In this document: piece by piece, positions 1 through 13,477 of the stretch
How the letters are laid out: the number at the start of each line of letters is the position of its first letter
Numbering within the stretch: the stretch's first letter is position 1
Assembly (NCBI GenBank): GCA_001600815.1
Contig: BCKZ01000001.1
Location: 1,521,389-1,585,388 of the forward strand
Direction of reading: 5' to 3'
Origin: Alloascoidea hylecoeti
Lineage: Eukaryota
Length of the DNA: 64,000 nt
The notes under the pieces: generated by a model
The model's database searches: none
The model's input: only the letters and a program-made list of their open reading frames with translations
What the model was told of the DNA's origin: nothing
Made by a program: the position numbers and the translations under genes

Positions 1-2193
1 CAACAATTCTTCCTGATGGTAGGTCTGGTAATTCAGGGGTATAGATTATCCGGGGAATTTCATTTTTTGGTTGAAATGGTCCAAATCTAGGAGGTTGATA
101 ATTTTGATCTTGTCTTCCTTGTGATGCACTAAATTTTTCGATCTTTTCTTGAATTTTGCGGATTTTGGGATCATCTTTTGTCTTTGGGACTTCTTCACTC
201 ATACGTGCATAACCAAAATATTCTCCTGATCTGTTTGCTGAAAAAATTAGATAAACATTATCATACTCCTAAAATATAATTTTTTTAGTTAGTATTGACA
301 AGAGATCAAATAAGTGAAAAAAATATAAAATACCAATCAGGTACCGGGTCAACTCACTCTGTAGAACTTATTGAACTTTGCAATATTATGGCTTTGGACA
401 GACCAAACACCAAGAAGAACACTCGTTATCATATCATCATAGGTCAAGCTTTTCACGATAAAAAAACAATCTTTAGGCTCACCAGGTTCATATTCTTCTT
501 CTGCGTATACATCAACACCTGAACTTTGAGAGGAAACCTGATCATGAGTAGTGATAGGGGATTCTGTAATTGCATTAATACTTGTCAATTGCCGTCTAGG
601 TAAATCGAGTGTGGCATTATTATTATTATGTCCGGCTGCAGGAGAATTAATTGATTCTGATTGCAATTGACTTTCATCATCAAGTTTTTTCATCCGAACA
701 GCTAACTTTCGGCCTCCAATTACAATCTTTGAAGTACCATTGGCATCATCATTTACTGAACATTTTTCAATCATCTTTTCCATGGTTTCCCTGTCCCGAA
801 AGTTGACAATTGCGCAACCACTCTCTTCGATATATTTCACACTGGCCAGTTGTTTGCTTTCAAAAACTTCAATTAATGCAGCTAAATGATTATAGCTCGG
901 AGAAACGGACGGAAGCCGTCCTTCGTAAAGAGCTTCACGACAGATTGACGTATTTGATTCCTTAAATAATTTTGTAAGACTATCTGCAACAACTTTATCA
1001 ATTACACATGCAGGACCTGAATCAAGTTTCCTTTGTGGAAGATTTCCAACCCATAATGCAAAGTTCGTCTTTAGTGGCTTTTTCGGAGGGCCTCTTGGAA
1101 ACCCGGGTTGTGTACTCATTGAATATAAAGGCTTGAACATATGAAAATAACTGCTGTTGTTCATGTAACCTGTATGATGAGTGAGATGGGGATTAAGATT
1201 TATGCTAGAGTTTGAACGAGATCTAGAGCCTCTCCAACCCATCTGCTGTGACATATTAGGAGTTGAGTTACTTCTGTTTCCCAGTGACTGTATAGCTTGA
1301 TTTGAGTCTCGTGGCATTCCTGGGAAATTATTAATGTTATTGTTGTAGTTTCCATAGACTTGACCGTGGTAACCTTCATTAGGTCTACTGTAAGGTGCTT
1401 CTTGTATCATTGGTTGATAAGCTAAGTTAGTAGTACTTGTATACTGATATGTCATTGGATACTGCTGTACGCCAACCCCTTGAGGCCTAACTCCGGAGAA
1501 GTATTGGACCTGGGAGTGATAGGGCCGTGGTTCCGAGGGTACGGCGTTGATAAGTGAAAATTGAGGGTGTTGTACGGGATTAGAATTTACAGGCATTGAT
1601 TGATGAAATGATTGGGAAGGAATTGGAACCAAATATTGTATTGTTGGAGCGTACTGAGGAGGGTATGCCTGATAGGCAGGCGCTATGACAGTATTTGGTT
1701 GGGATCCAGGTGCTCCTGAAGGTTGAAATTGAGGAATATTGGGATAACTATTAGCCAATTGAACATTTGATGGATTTCCAGGCGTATTATACACAGAAAT
1801 TTGGGGCCTCCGCATTTGTTGTTGAGTAGAAATTGTAGGTGAATAGTAATTTCTTGAGTACATAGCAGGTTGTAATACTGGAGCAGGACCTATAGAATTT
1901 GTAATTGGGGTTGAAGAATTTTCATGCATATATTGCATTGGAGTGAAAGAACTATTGGTGGGATGATTATTGTTAATTGAAATAGATGAACTGCTGGCCT
2001 TGTAACCCAAATTTTCTTTACTTGTGGTTACTTTTTTCGTCGAACCTAGGCGTACATCTTTTGATTGTGTATTTGTTTTTGTGTATTGTGGTTTAGCATT
2101 GTTTGGAGATCGGGCGATTGGTGCGGTCACAAAGTCCTTCTTTTCACGATCAGTTTTCTCAACTGAATGGCGATTGGGTTCTTTCGTTGTCAT
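1..2193 (-). CDS. YTH-domain (YT521-B/YTHDC-type) RNA-binding protein with degenerate RRM and P/Q/Y-rich N-terminus; join(358..2193, <1..268), continues off the left edge
   Basis: ORF contains PRGPPKKP..FALWVGNLP (RRM start) and FFIVKSLT..GVWSVQSHN. Intron 269..357 (GTGAGT donor, TACTAAC branch, TAG acceptor) joins to EYDNVYLIFSANRSGEYFGYARM, the canonical YTH core. Confidence 0.9.
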
Positions 2194-4985
2194 TGAAAAA
2201 AAACAGTATACAATAATAACAAAAGGTTGAAGTTAAAAGTTCATTAATCTTGTTATTCAATACTATATATGCAGTGAAGAAGAAACCCCCGATTTTAGTT
2301 TAGATTGAAAGTTAGAAGTTTGCAGGGAAAAAGAAAAAATATGAACACAAAGAACAAAATTGAGCAACGAAAATTCAATGAGGGTCAACGAGATAATATA
2401 AACGAAGATCTTCAGTGATTGATAATGATCAGTGGTAAGTGAATGCAATGAGACGGATCAGCCGTTGTGATCTATGAGTCTACCAATTGTGAATAAGGCG
2501 AAAAAGGGGGGGTTGCACTTATATAAGCCTAAAGTATAACGGAGACGGAAGAGTTCAGAGCGCTTTTGCTGGACCAAACTTTTTGAAAAATATATAACGA
2601 AGACCTAGAAGATGTTATATTTTTAGGGCCGGTACAAATGAACCAAGAAATCCGAAAATATTTGGTGGAGTGATAGAAGGTAAAGTTGGAAGAAAGAACA
2701 AGTAGTATCAATAAAAAGTAAAGTAAAACAAAAAACAAAACAAAAAACGCAAGATCTCGGGGTCGCGATCAACAATTCTTTTAATTATATTTTTATGATT
2801 AGATATTTGGGTTATTCCCTGATGGATGCATACTTTGTTTGATGTCTCAATACTTTTTAAATTTTATACTATTCAGGTTCGGTTTTAGTTTAATTCTATT
2901 TGTGACTTGACTGTGTCTCTGCATGTGGGTTTGAGGCCACTGCTTGTATGTGGGAATGCGTGCATGCAGATTTTAAATATACAATCGTCTGCATACTTCT
3001 TGATGTCTTTTCATTAAATTTATTTACCCATGGCCACCTGTCTACTTACAACAACAATTTTTCGCTGTCGAAAGTATTCATATTTCAGCTATTTTACCAT
3101 TGGCTCTATTGTAAATCGCTTTAAAGCTTAAGTGTAATATTATAATCATCTAATCATAAAACTAGTCCTCTCATGCATATCGCAGAGTTACCAGCTTACC
3201 ATGGCCATATGCATATTATCTTTGGCATATAATACTAGATATAGATTATTTAGAGTATAGTTAATTATAACATTATAGTACAATATTGTTCGCAATCATA
3301 TTTAAACAGACTGTCAAAATAAAGAAAAAAAAACAGTTTTGTAAATTAAAAGGAAAAAAATTCGATAGAGAATCGTAAGTTAACCTGGAAAATATTATTC
3401 TCTAAATTTTATATTTCCTTTTCAACAGTAAATATCAACTTCCCGAGTCCTCGTGGCCAAGTCATTGAAGTTCATGAGTCACTTATGATCAAACACTTAA
3501 ATTTATGGTCCAAGATATGCATATAAATATATCATGATCAAGTTTTGAGCTTAGATTCGATTGCAATTCTGAGCTTAGTGCTTCTATAATTTACACACAA
3601 CTGTAATCCTATAACTTATAAATGGGGTTTATAGTCTGCTATCACTAACTATGTTCATCTTATTTAGAAACCGCAAAAGGAGAAAAAAAGGAGAATAGAA
3701 AAAAATATAAAAGGAACGTTGCTAATTGTTGATAACAGCAGACAACAACTGTAAGCTTAAGCTTAAATGTATATGATTTTAAATTTCATAGCTGATCCTA
3801 CAAAAAACACTGAATGTCTACACGTGTACACGTGATGCTAGCTCTAATTATATGGACAAGTTCATAGTTTTCTCCAGTGGGGATAATACTTCATTTAGTG
3901 TTCTTATGCATAATTTTCATTCTGAGTGGCTTGTATAACTTATAAGATAAGAATGTTTAGTAGGAAGTATTCGAATAATATTCATCGTTTAGTTAGACCT
4001 CGAGGTGTCTTCGATATCAGAACAAAGTATGTGACAAATACAAATAATAGCTAGTACTAGTTATATGCTATCAAGTGTAAGCTCATGATTCATATATAAT
4101 TGTTTGTGATCAATTTATTATAAATAAGTTGTTTTATTTGAAAGGATCTCCGGATGATTAGTTGGTCAATCGAACTATAGTTTCGAAGTAAGGGAGTGTA
4201 TAATATTTTTAATAGTTTATGAGGGTATTTGAATAAGATATATCATTGAGTGCCATAAGCAATTGGTTCTATATTCGGAAACAACCTCAAACCAATAGCG
4301 TACGTATCTAATATAAGTTAGCTCGTTATCAAATATTTTATTAATCTTAAGTCACTTTTAAGTGTAAACTTAATTTCTATATTCTTTCAGCATACGTACG
4401 TTCGTACTTAAGCTTATATTTAGTTTGTATATATTAAGCCAACAGCAAATTATTTTTATATTACTTATCTTGGACTAATTATATAATAATTATATATATA
4501 AGATCCTATGTGCATGTGTTTTATTAATTATTTTGAATTTATGATTCATTTCTTGTTTATTTTTGCAATTTTTGTCTTGTTGTACACATTACTCGATTTA
4601 GTTTGCTATGTGTTTTATACTACTGGAGGAGAGGCAATATATATAACGCTGACTTAGCGTTTACTGTAAATTTCTGGATAGAAATGAAATGATAATATAT
4701 CAATTGCAAATCATTTATAATAATAGTTACATATAAGTAGATAAGTATATAATTATACTTATATTTATATGGCATAAAATATACAACTGTTTAGTTTTTT
4801 ACTTTTCTTTGATCATCAAAAACTCTCAATGTATGTGACCAGTTACATTAACTATACTACTTTATTATTTTATTAGTTCCGTATTTGGTTACAAAGCTCA
4901 CATTATTATAACATTAATGTTAAATATATATAGTATTAATAAAATATTTCAAATTGGTGAACACTTAAAATTATATTACTTTATC

Positions 4986-4991
<6 letters not shown>

Positions 4992-5022
<31 letters not shown>
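4992..5022. repeat. (TA)n microsatellite
   Basis: Pure AT dinucleotide run read directly. Confidence 0.95.
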
Positions 5023-5026
<4 letters not shown>

Positions 5027-5479
5027 TATTTGTTCGTGAGGTATACATTGCAGTTGTATACGTATAGTTGTAATTAGCCATAGGAGGAAAATTTGTCATA
5101 AACTCGATCGAGTTCTTAAATTTAATTATAAGCTTGTAGTTGTATCCGATTATACACCATGAGCCATAATTATATATACATATAATTACAACACATCAAT
5201 TAGTTATATACACGCATGTATTTTTATTCATAAAGCTATAGATCTAGCTATACGGGTATAGCGGTATGTATAGCCTTAACCTATAAGCTATATCGATATG
5301 ACAGTGCAAATATACTACAAACAAACGACAAGGTACCACATTAATATTATTTCATCATTCTATTTCTTAAGCTATGCCAGGTAATAATTAAAGGATTAAT
5401 TATACTCGTAGTTACTATAGCCATAACATTCTATCTCTTTATAAGTTATACCATAGCTACTGTTCAATACAAAATAAGT

Positions 5480-6060
5480 AATTTTTTCTCAAGCGTGTAA
5501 TAATGCGCGTAAACCATTGCTGTGTATATGTAATATAAACAATTTTTATATGATAATAGCTCACAATCATGTATAATAATGAACTTTCTTTTCGCTGGTC
5601 ATGGCCTCGAGAAACATCACATTTTTCCAGACAATTTAAATTTGGTCTCATTTACTAAAAGTTGTTCCTGATAAAAAAAAGCAAAATGGTTTGATTAATT
5701 AATATTACAATTACAAGTTACCTTCCATATTACTTTATTCGGCCTTGTAATATATATATATATTTTTATACAATGAATTTGATAAAAAATCTAAAGGTTA
5801 GGGTTGGAATAAGCATTACAGTAGTTGTAGTCAATCCTGTTAAGGTTGTTTCAGGATTGATCAACAAATATTTTCTCCGTTTACAAGCAACATGTTGAGA
5901 TGGTCCTATCACGGGTTTAATTTATATTTGGTACCATTCACTAATAGCTACTTCTATATCGATATACTATAAAATTTAAATTTTTTAAATTTTCTATTGT
6001 ACCTTTTTGAAAACGCTTTGAAATATTAATCGTGATCATATTTAATTACAAATTTACTGC
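5480..6060 (-). mobile_element. Highly degenerate Tc1/IS630-like transposase relic (C-terminal half)
   Basis: Minus-strand translation across frames gives ordered remnants: ..KGT.., AIS, P..ACKRRK..TTLTG, NMEGNL, RPNLNCLEKC (cf. SPELNPIE.FW). Same motif order as the intact ORF at 55622-56917. Confidence 0.4.
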
Positions 6061-7363
6061 TTTAAAGCTTAATGCAATTGATGCAATTGTTATTCCGATG
6101 TCTTGGAATACGTCCTTCGATACATTATATTATTTATATATTTAAGTTTATAGAGAACCGGACAAGCTTTATTTATACCTCATTAAATTCTTATTATTAA
6201 CTTTAAATGCAATCAACAACACAATAATACTTGTTACAATTGAGAAAGCTAGAGATTCTCTTCAACTATTCATGTTTCTTGTCTCCGGGGGTTTCAAAAT
6301 ATAAATCTAGAAATATTTGTTTTGGGTTGCCTATGAAGAAGAACATAAAATTCCTAGTCGATCTGAATCTGAAAAAAGAGGATCATGTTCACAATGAGTA
6401 ATTTGCATCTGAGGTTTGAATAGATGGAGCAAAAGTCTAGATCCTTCGAAATTGAAATCTAAATTATTATTATATATGTACGAACTATAGCCTAATAAGC
6501 CTATATATAGAAAGTGTGGTACAATTATTGATAGCGTTAAATGACTGATCATAACAATTAAAATTTTAAAGTCTGATAAAATAACATTGGTGCATTAAAC
6601 TTAATTATAGCATTTATTATTCAATGTAAGTTCAGTGTCAAACTCTACAACCAACAATGTCCTACCCTACTATCTTCCACATACTTATAAACTAAAGTTC
6701 AAACTGATGATACATTTGAATATGGCCATGGTAGCTGTGACTAGATCAAATTTTTTATGCAAATTCCCGTCCATATCTATAGCTAATCAAGATATATGAT
6801 CCATTTTAGATCTAGATCTGAATTTGTGGTCTGTGAGGTCGGTTAAAATTTTATGAGCTTAAACGGCATTATGAAATATTTCAAAAAAAGTGCCTGAGTC
6901 AAAATTAAATCTCAACCTCCAAATATTAATCTTAAAATTGATTCTAGATGGATACCACAATGGAAGAGTGTGTTCCATCGAGAATTTAGTAATCTATATA
7001 TTTAGCACTAATAACTACTAGGAACAAAATTGGATGAGCTTATATCTCTACAGGTGATCTATACCCACGCGCCGACATGCCATATCCAAATACTAACAAT
7101 TGCAGATGTACAAAATATAAAAATTGATCAAGTTTAAGTCATTCTTATGGTCATTATTAGAATCCGGACCTTAAGAGTCCGAGTGCGAGGTTAAGTTTCA
7201 TATTCGAGACCAAACATATTTGTGAAAGGATATAACCATAGACCCTGACATGATTAAATGAAAATTTTGGGAAAAACAATGAACCTAAATTAAAAAGAAT
7301 AAGCTAGATCAAAATAAAAAAACTAGAAAACTTGGCTATTATCCATATAATTGATCACAAGCT

Positions 7364-7394
<31 letters not shown>

Positions 7395-7429
7395 GACTAA
7401 TTATAGACATAAATTTAGAAGATTTAGAT

Positions 7430-7800
7430 ATAGGGATGAGGCATTCTGCCCTGAACTTTCAACATTGGAGAAACCTCTATATATTTTATATAGAAGATAT
7501 ATTACAATGCGAACATATATTACCAGTTTCAGTTTAAAGTTAAGTTATAAGGAAATACTACTATTGATTAGCGTTTTTAATTCATTTGATTTATCAAATA
7601 GGAAATGATTGTTTTGTTTAGAAAAAAAGTTATGATTACTTACGATTGTATAGCAAATTTGCTAACATAAATAATTATTGAATGAATTAGTTAGTCTATA
7701 TAAAATTCTACCCTTTATGCCCATTTTGCGATATACATCGGTTTAAGCTTAATCTAGAATTTGTTATTACTAGTTGCAATTGATTGATTTTCAATAATAC
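7430..7800 (+). mobile_element. Possible pogo/Tigger (DDE_1) transposase relic
   Basis: Frameshifted translation: FCPE / FNIGETSIYF (cf. FN.DETGLFY), RTYITS..KEILLLISVFN..RK.LF (cf. KERITV..C.N..G..K), N..Y*MN (cf. AWMT). Confidence 0.35.
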
Positions 7801-8287
7801 GTGATTCGTCTGAATTTCATTTTTAGATGCTTTATCAGTTAATATTGCTATATCAATATTAGTAAAAATGTTATGATTATGATCCATATTTATAATTTTA
7901 TCTATAAGGCCTTATATTTTCATTTAAATTTGATAATTATAATCAGATCGAATAAGATTTATAATTATGAACAAACAATTATTTGGAATTGTATTTAATG
8001 ATTCATATCCAGAATAATATAGATGTATATAAATCCGTTAAACAAAAAACTGTAAGCGCTCTACTTCTATGTTTAGAATTGTGAACCGTATAGGCACCTC
8101 ATATAGTTACAGATAGGCCTCGCTTAAACTTAGGCTTTTTTGCAGATACTCTCCAAAAAATGGTAATATTCTAACTAACCACTGAATATATATTAATACT
8201 CTACAAGCTGTTCTTAAAATAGTATACCTAATCCTGTTCCTTAAGCTCTAGATATTTTATTAGTCTTTATAAAATGACATCTTAAGT

Positions 8288-9283
8288 TTAGTATTTAGTG
8301 TTAGCGCTGTTTATGGCATAAATGGAGTCACTAGATCTACATATCAATCAGGTTCTCAAAGTGGTACCTTGATCTATGAGGTCCCAACAGTTTAAAAGAA
8401 ACTCATAAATAGATCTCTCTTCACTTCAACACCATATGAAATGCTAATAATAATTCTACCTTTGATGCACTGTTTTGAGGAGATTCCAAATGCGCTCAAC
8501 TGGTTTTAGGTTCGGTGAATAAGGCTGCAACTTCACTACCTCTATCTTTTTGTCATGAAACAACCTTATTGTGATTCCAACTTCATGGATAGGTGTGATA
8601 TCTTAAGGTACCTTCAGAGATCCCATCAAAGACCTCTTACAAAAGTCCTATGTAGGAACATGCAGTGGCTTCTTTTTTTGTGCCATCATGATCCTCAAAT
8701 ACTCTACATAGTGAAGTTCGACCTCCTTTTCAATTGTCAGCTCATACCATAAGAATTACCTAACCCTACTTTCTTGTATTATGAATATTTTGAGGTTCGA
8801 AGGCCTAGCCCGACTTTAGTTGAGCATTTACGTTTCCGGATCTGTATCTTGATCCTGTAGCGCCCGAACATCTGTCACTGGGTACAGCGCCATCCCAAAA
8901 AGTCCTGAGACTACTGTAATCTATCTTTATATCATAAATTCCCGTTCTATTGGTTCTTCTAATTCTAAAATGGCTTCTTACACCCCGCGAATCATCCATA
9001 TTCATGTTTTTTTCAAAAGGGTTATTATGGTGGACTTTACAACCTTCAGAATTTGATTTACTGACATTTCAGAAAGTTAAGTGGGCTCGTTCATTCGATG
9101 AGGCGTTGGACTAGAAAAGTTGGGGTATTTCTTTACAGTGAACCACCTACTTGAAGGGCTGATATTCCTATTTCGGCAACTGTGAAGCTATGTTTACTCA
9201 GATTACATGTTTCAATCCGCTCAGTTGCAAAATATTTTTAGAATTATACTTGAAATCTCTCTTAACGGAACTTTAGAAGTCAT
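8288..9283 (-). mobile_element. Degenerate Tc1/mariner transposase pseudogene, copy 1
   Basis: Starts MTSKVPLREIS. Catalytic-region remnant DITPIHEVGITIRLFHDKKIEVVKLQPYSPNLKPVERIWNLLK. Ends CWDLIDQ..ANTKY*. About 1 kb with many stops and frameshifts; alignable by eye to copies 2 and 3. Confidence 0.85.
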
Positions 9284-9659
9284 TCTATAATATATTTAAA
9301 AAGATGGGTTTTTTTGGAGGCGGTGCCTGAAAAAATCGACTCCTCCCGGGTGTATCTATATTCTTGTCTTTCGCTAATAGTATATATTGAAACAGATGGT
9401 AGGTATATGAGTCTCATAATCAGCTAGTCATCGTATCCTTAAATGTCTGTGTTATATAGGTTACAAGTATATATAAACGTTCATGTTATTACAAGTAACA
9501 GATTTAAGAGTCAAAATTTAAATCTATTTGTTGGAAAATTTCAATGAAGCTGATAAAGACTTTATTATATCATGATCATGGGAATTTCAATTTTTTTGTA
9601 ACTTTACAACTAGCGTTGGTTATGTTCTTTACTATTAGTTTATAAGGTTTCTTAAATAT

Positions 9660-9815
9660 ACGGAACCGCTGAAGTGTAAAGGATGGCTTGGAGTCACTCT
9701 GATTTTGCTTTTTGAGATGTTTGGATACTTTCCGCGACTTACGCAGCTCGTTGTTCGTCTCATAACGATCACCCTCCAAAAAAATGGCAATAATGTGGGG
9801 AGCCATTCAATAGTA
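9660..9815 (+). mobile_element. Short opposite-strand Tc1-like fragment between copies 1 and 2
   Basis: GWLGVTLILLFEMFG (cf. W..V.FSDESKF.LFG) then HPPKK / AIMWGAI (cf. KHPP.VMVWGAI). Confidence 0.4.
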
Positions 9816-9900
9816 GACAAGACCTTAAAATATTCCTAAAGTAGTGCATAGTGATACTAGAGATTTTATTAGACTATAAGTATAAAATGAAAATTTAAAT

Positions 9901-10858
9901 TTAGGATTCATTGTTGGAGCCCTTAACTCTATAAACGGCTATAGAATCAATCAGATTATCAATGATATCCTGATCCATGAGGTCCTAATATTTTGAGAGA
10001 CATAAATAACAGGTCTTTTTTTCATTTCTACACCATGTATAATGCTCGTAATCTCAATTTCAGCTTGGTGATAAATTATTTTGAGGAGACCTCCACATGT
10101 GCTCAATTGGATTTAAATCATGATCATGCTGGAAAAGGAGGCCAATCCTGCTTGAATATGATAATCTCGAAAATCGCATCAAAGACTTCTTCTAGAGGGT
10201 TTGTGTAGGAACGTGCGGTGACTCCTCTTTTTCTGCTTACAGACCAAGAATTCCTTATTTTATAAGTATTTTGAGGTTCAAAGGCCTGGCCTGGCTGTTG
10301 TCGGGTATATAATTTACGGATCCGGATCTACCAAACATTCGTTTCCGCCATCCCAAACGTCCCGAGACCACTCCAATCTATTTTTAAACAATACCTTTCT
10401 CTTACTTTCGCTCATTAAAAAAAAAAAAGCCGAAATATATATTAAAGTCCCCAACCAAAAGTGCCATAGATATATGATACCCATATTCCATATTCCATAT
10501 TCATGTTTTTCCAAGAGGGTCGGTAGATAGTTTTTAATATTCGAATTCTAAAGTTGAATTTTAGAGCCTGTTCATCTAATGTATTCAAGGAGAAAGCTTT
10601 TACAACCATCAGAATTTGATTTTTGCCATCTTAAAAAGTTAAGTAGGCTCCATCGTTAGAGAGGTGTTAGACCAGAGGAGTTGGCATATTTCTTAACAAT
10701 GGACCTTACAATTGAAGAGATAATATTCAGCATTCTGCATATTTCGGCAATTGAGAGGTCATCTTTACTCAGATTACATATTTCAATTCGCTTAGTTGAT
10801 TGCAATTTCTTGTTAAAATTACAATTCAATTTTCGCTTAACGGAATTTTAAAAGTCAT
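9901..10858 (-). mobile_element. Degenerate Tc1/mariner transposase pseudogene, copy 2
   Basis: MTFKIPLSEN; HTH KRIEICNLSKDDLSIAEICRMLNIISSIVRSIVKKY; DWPPF..DLNPIEHMW; DQDIIDNLIDSI. Candidate element end TA|CAGCCGG on minus strand at 10935-10943. Confidence 0.88.
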
Positions 10859-11224
10859 TGTATAGTATATTTAAGAAGATGGATTGTTTTTTAGGAGGAG
10901 GTGCCTAAAAAGATTGTGTAAAGTTTAGCTTTAACCGGCTGTATTTACACGTTTAGTGATTTTGTTGAATATATCCTGATTTAACACTTTAAATAACAAT
11001 ATAATCGATTGGATGATCCTATTCCAAATTGATGTCACAGATGTGCACCTAATTCATTAATACTTGTTCTCTTATTTGTATTTTATATTAATTAATATTT
11101 CGACTACTCCAGTCTGCTACGCTACACTCGAGTCAAGCTACTTGTAGTTAAGCTTTTTGAGCACCACAAAAATGCAATATTATAACCAGCCCATTGAATA
11201 TTGTACAAAGCTTTAAGCTATTCT

Positions 11225-12056
11225 TAATAACACTATAAATGACTGCATGGTGTCAAATTATCAATGATATCCTGATCCATATCCCAACTATTTGAAAGAG
11301 GCTTAAAAAAGAGATATTTCTTTCTTTGTACGCCGTGTGGAAAAGGCTCATAATCCCAATTCCATCGCAAGGAAGTTCCAAATGTGCTCAATCGGATTCA
11401 TATCCGGTGAAAAAGGCTACTACTCCACCTTTAGCTCCTTCTCACGCTACCGATTCATCATGATTCTAGCTTTGTGGATAGGTGTGTTTTCCAGTTTGGA
11501 TATGCTACTTTTGTCAATATCACTAATACCCTTTTACAAAAGTTATACCATAACGTGCGGTGGTTACTTCTTTTCTGCACCCAACCATTGTCAAGCACGG
11601 CTTTTTTTTCCAAATTTTAGCCCATATCATAATATTACTTACAGACTCAGATTTCCTTATACTATACATGTAAATAATTTTTGATTCAAATGCTTGGTGT
11701 GGCTGTTGTGGACCGAACACCATCCATGGCACTACTCCAACATATATTTACTAATATATATTTAAATAATTTCATTCTATTCATTTGATTCTTATCATAC
11801 AGATATTAAAACCCTCAGAATTTGATTTGTTGCTATATCAGAAAGTAAAGTGGGCTCCCTCGTTAGAAGAGGTGTTACGCCAGAAGAGTTAGCATATGTC
11901 TTTACAGTGAATCGTATAATTGGAGGGCTATTATTAAGCCTTCTGCTCAAAAGCCATTTTTATTCATGCAAATCTTAATTGGCTTAGCTGGTGGTTACAA
12001 ATGTTTTTTAGAACTAGAATTACCTGAAAATCGTTTAACAGAATTCTAGAAGTCAT
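11225..12056 (-). mobile_element. Degenerate Tc1/mariner transposase pseudogene, copy 3
   Basis: SNIMIWAKIW; LENTPIHKARIMMNR*REKELKVE**PFSPDMNPIEHIWNFL; WDMDQDIIDNL. Nucleotide similarity to copies 1 and 2 (e.g. tcagaatttgattt..gggctc..tacagtgaa). Confidence 0.85.
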
Positions 12057-13049
12057 TCTATATTTTTTAAAAAAAGGCCCTTTATTAAAATGATATCCAG
12101 AGAAGCTTAAAAATATGTAGTAGCATTGTAGCTAGGCACGGCTGCGAATAATAGCAAACTGAGACAAATTCATTGTTCTATCAATTTTTAATCTTGATTA
12201 AATAGTCACATTTTCTTTACTATCAGATACTGTAAATATGACGTATATTTTAATCACCGAAAATCTGTATTTTATCGTTAACGTTTAAACGTTTATGATA
12301 GAGTGTGTTGTAAACATAGGTAGGATACCATTTAAAATATATATACAGTGTTCCAATGATTTCTTTTTAAATTGTTCTATAGTTATAGTTATTCTGAGAT
12401 ATATCATCGTTTAATTTACACACACAATTAATTATACGTTTTTATATACACGGCTGAAATGAAAGTGTCAAACAAAGTTTATATTTCATCTTAATTGATC
12501 TATTTAATACTCCACAAAACTTAAGAATTATAGATTTCTTGAAACTAAACTTGGAAATATCATCATATGGCATTATTTAAATATGTCAACAATTACAATT
12601 AATATAATAAATTCCATTTCAAAATTGAAAAAATCAATTATAAATCATTATCAATATCAATGGGCTTTGAACTTTAAAACATTGAATAAACTAACAAAAG
12701 AATATGATAATATCAATAAATTATAATTTATGATTATTATATAGACGATTTTGATTTAGATAAATTATAATTATAATTATGAAGACAACAAATACAACAA
12801 TGAGGGGGGAAGAAGAAGAAGAAGAAAAAAAAAAAAAAAAAAAAAAAAAAAGACAGTTAAAGTTAGGTACAAATTAATATAAACACCAATCAATTGTTAA
12901 ATTTAAATATTAACAAGGAAAACAAAAATAAATAATTAAATAACTATATATACCATACCAAAAAAATGAACTATAATTTCCAATATAATGTAAAATATTA
13001 TTGGAAATTGATAAAAAGACTAATTAATTTAAAAAGAATTAGAATTAAA

Positions 13050-13205
13050 GTAATAATAATAATAATAATAATAATAGTGATAGGACAAAACTTTAAACAG
13101 TTAGAACAAGATATATATATCGAAACATAACAAAACAAAACAGAACGAAACGAAACGAAACGAAACGAAACGAAACAGAACAGAACAAAACAAAACAAAA
13201 CAAAA
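13050..13205. repeat. Compound microsatellite (AAT)n plus (AAAAC/GAAAC/AGAAC)n downstream of the Zn2Cys6 gene
   Basis: Directly visible tandem tri- and pentanucleotide units. Confidence 0.9.
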
Positions 13206-13477
13206 TATGGGAAATATATAACCACATTTAAATAGTTAAACATAAATCATTATTCAGCCAAATAGATAAATAGAATAGAAAAATAATAGGAAAAAGTGTG
13301 GTACAATAGATAGTTATAAAATTAAATAAAAAAAGACAACAATTGTTGAAAGCAAGAAACCTCTTTTATATATATGCAAATATGACCTCCCTTTTGAATC
13401 GATATAATATATACCAAATTAATAAGAAATTTTGAAAGAAAAAATAAATATATATATGTATGCATGAAAAGTTATCG

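Noticed and set aside
3821..3836. CACGTGTACACGTGAT palindrome containing a CDEI-like ATCACGTG
   Set aside because: No CDEII/CDEIII arrangement seen; point centromeres are restricted to Saccharomycetaceae, which the intron density argues against.
11337..11684. 115-aa plus-strand ORF with hydrophobic stretch
   Set aside because: It is the antisense frame of Tc1 relic copy 3.
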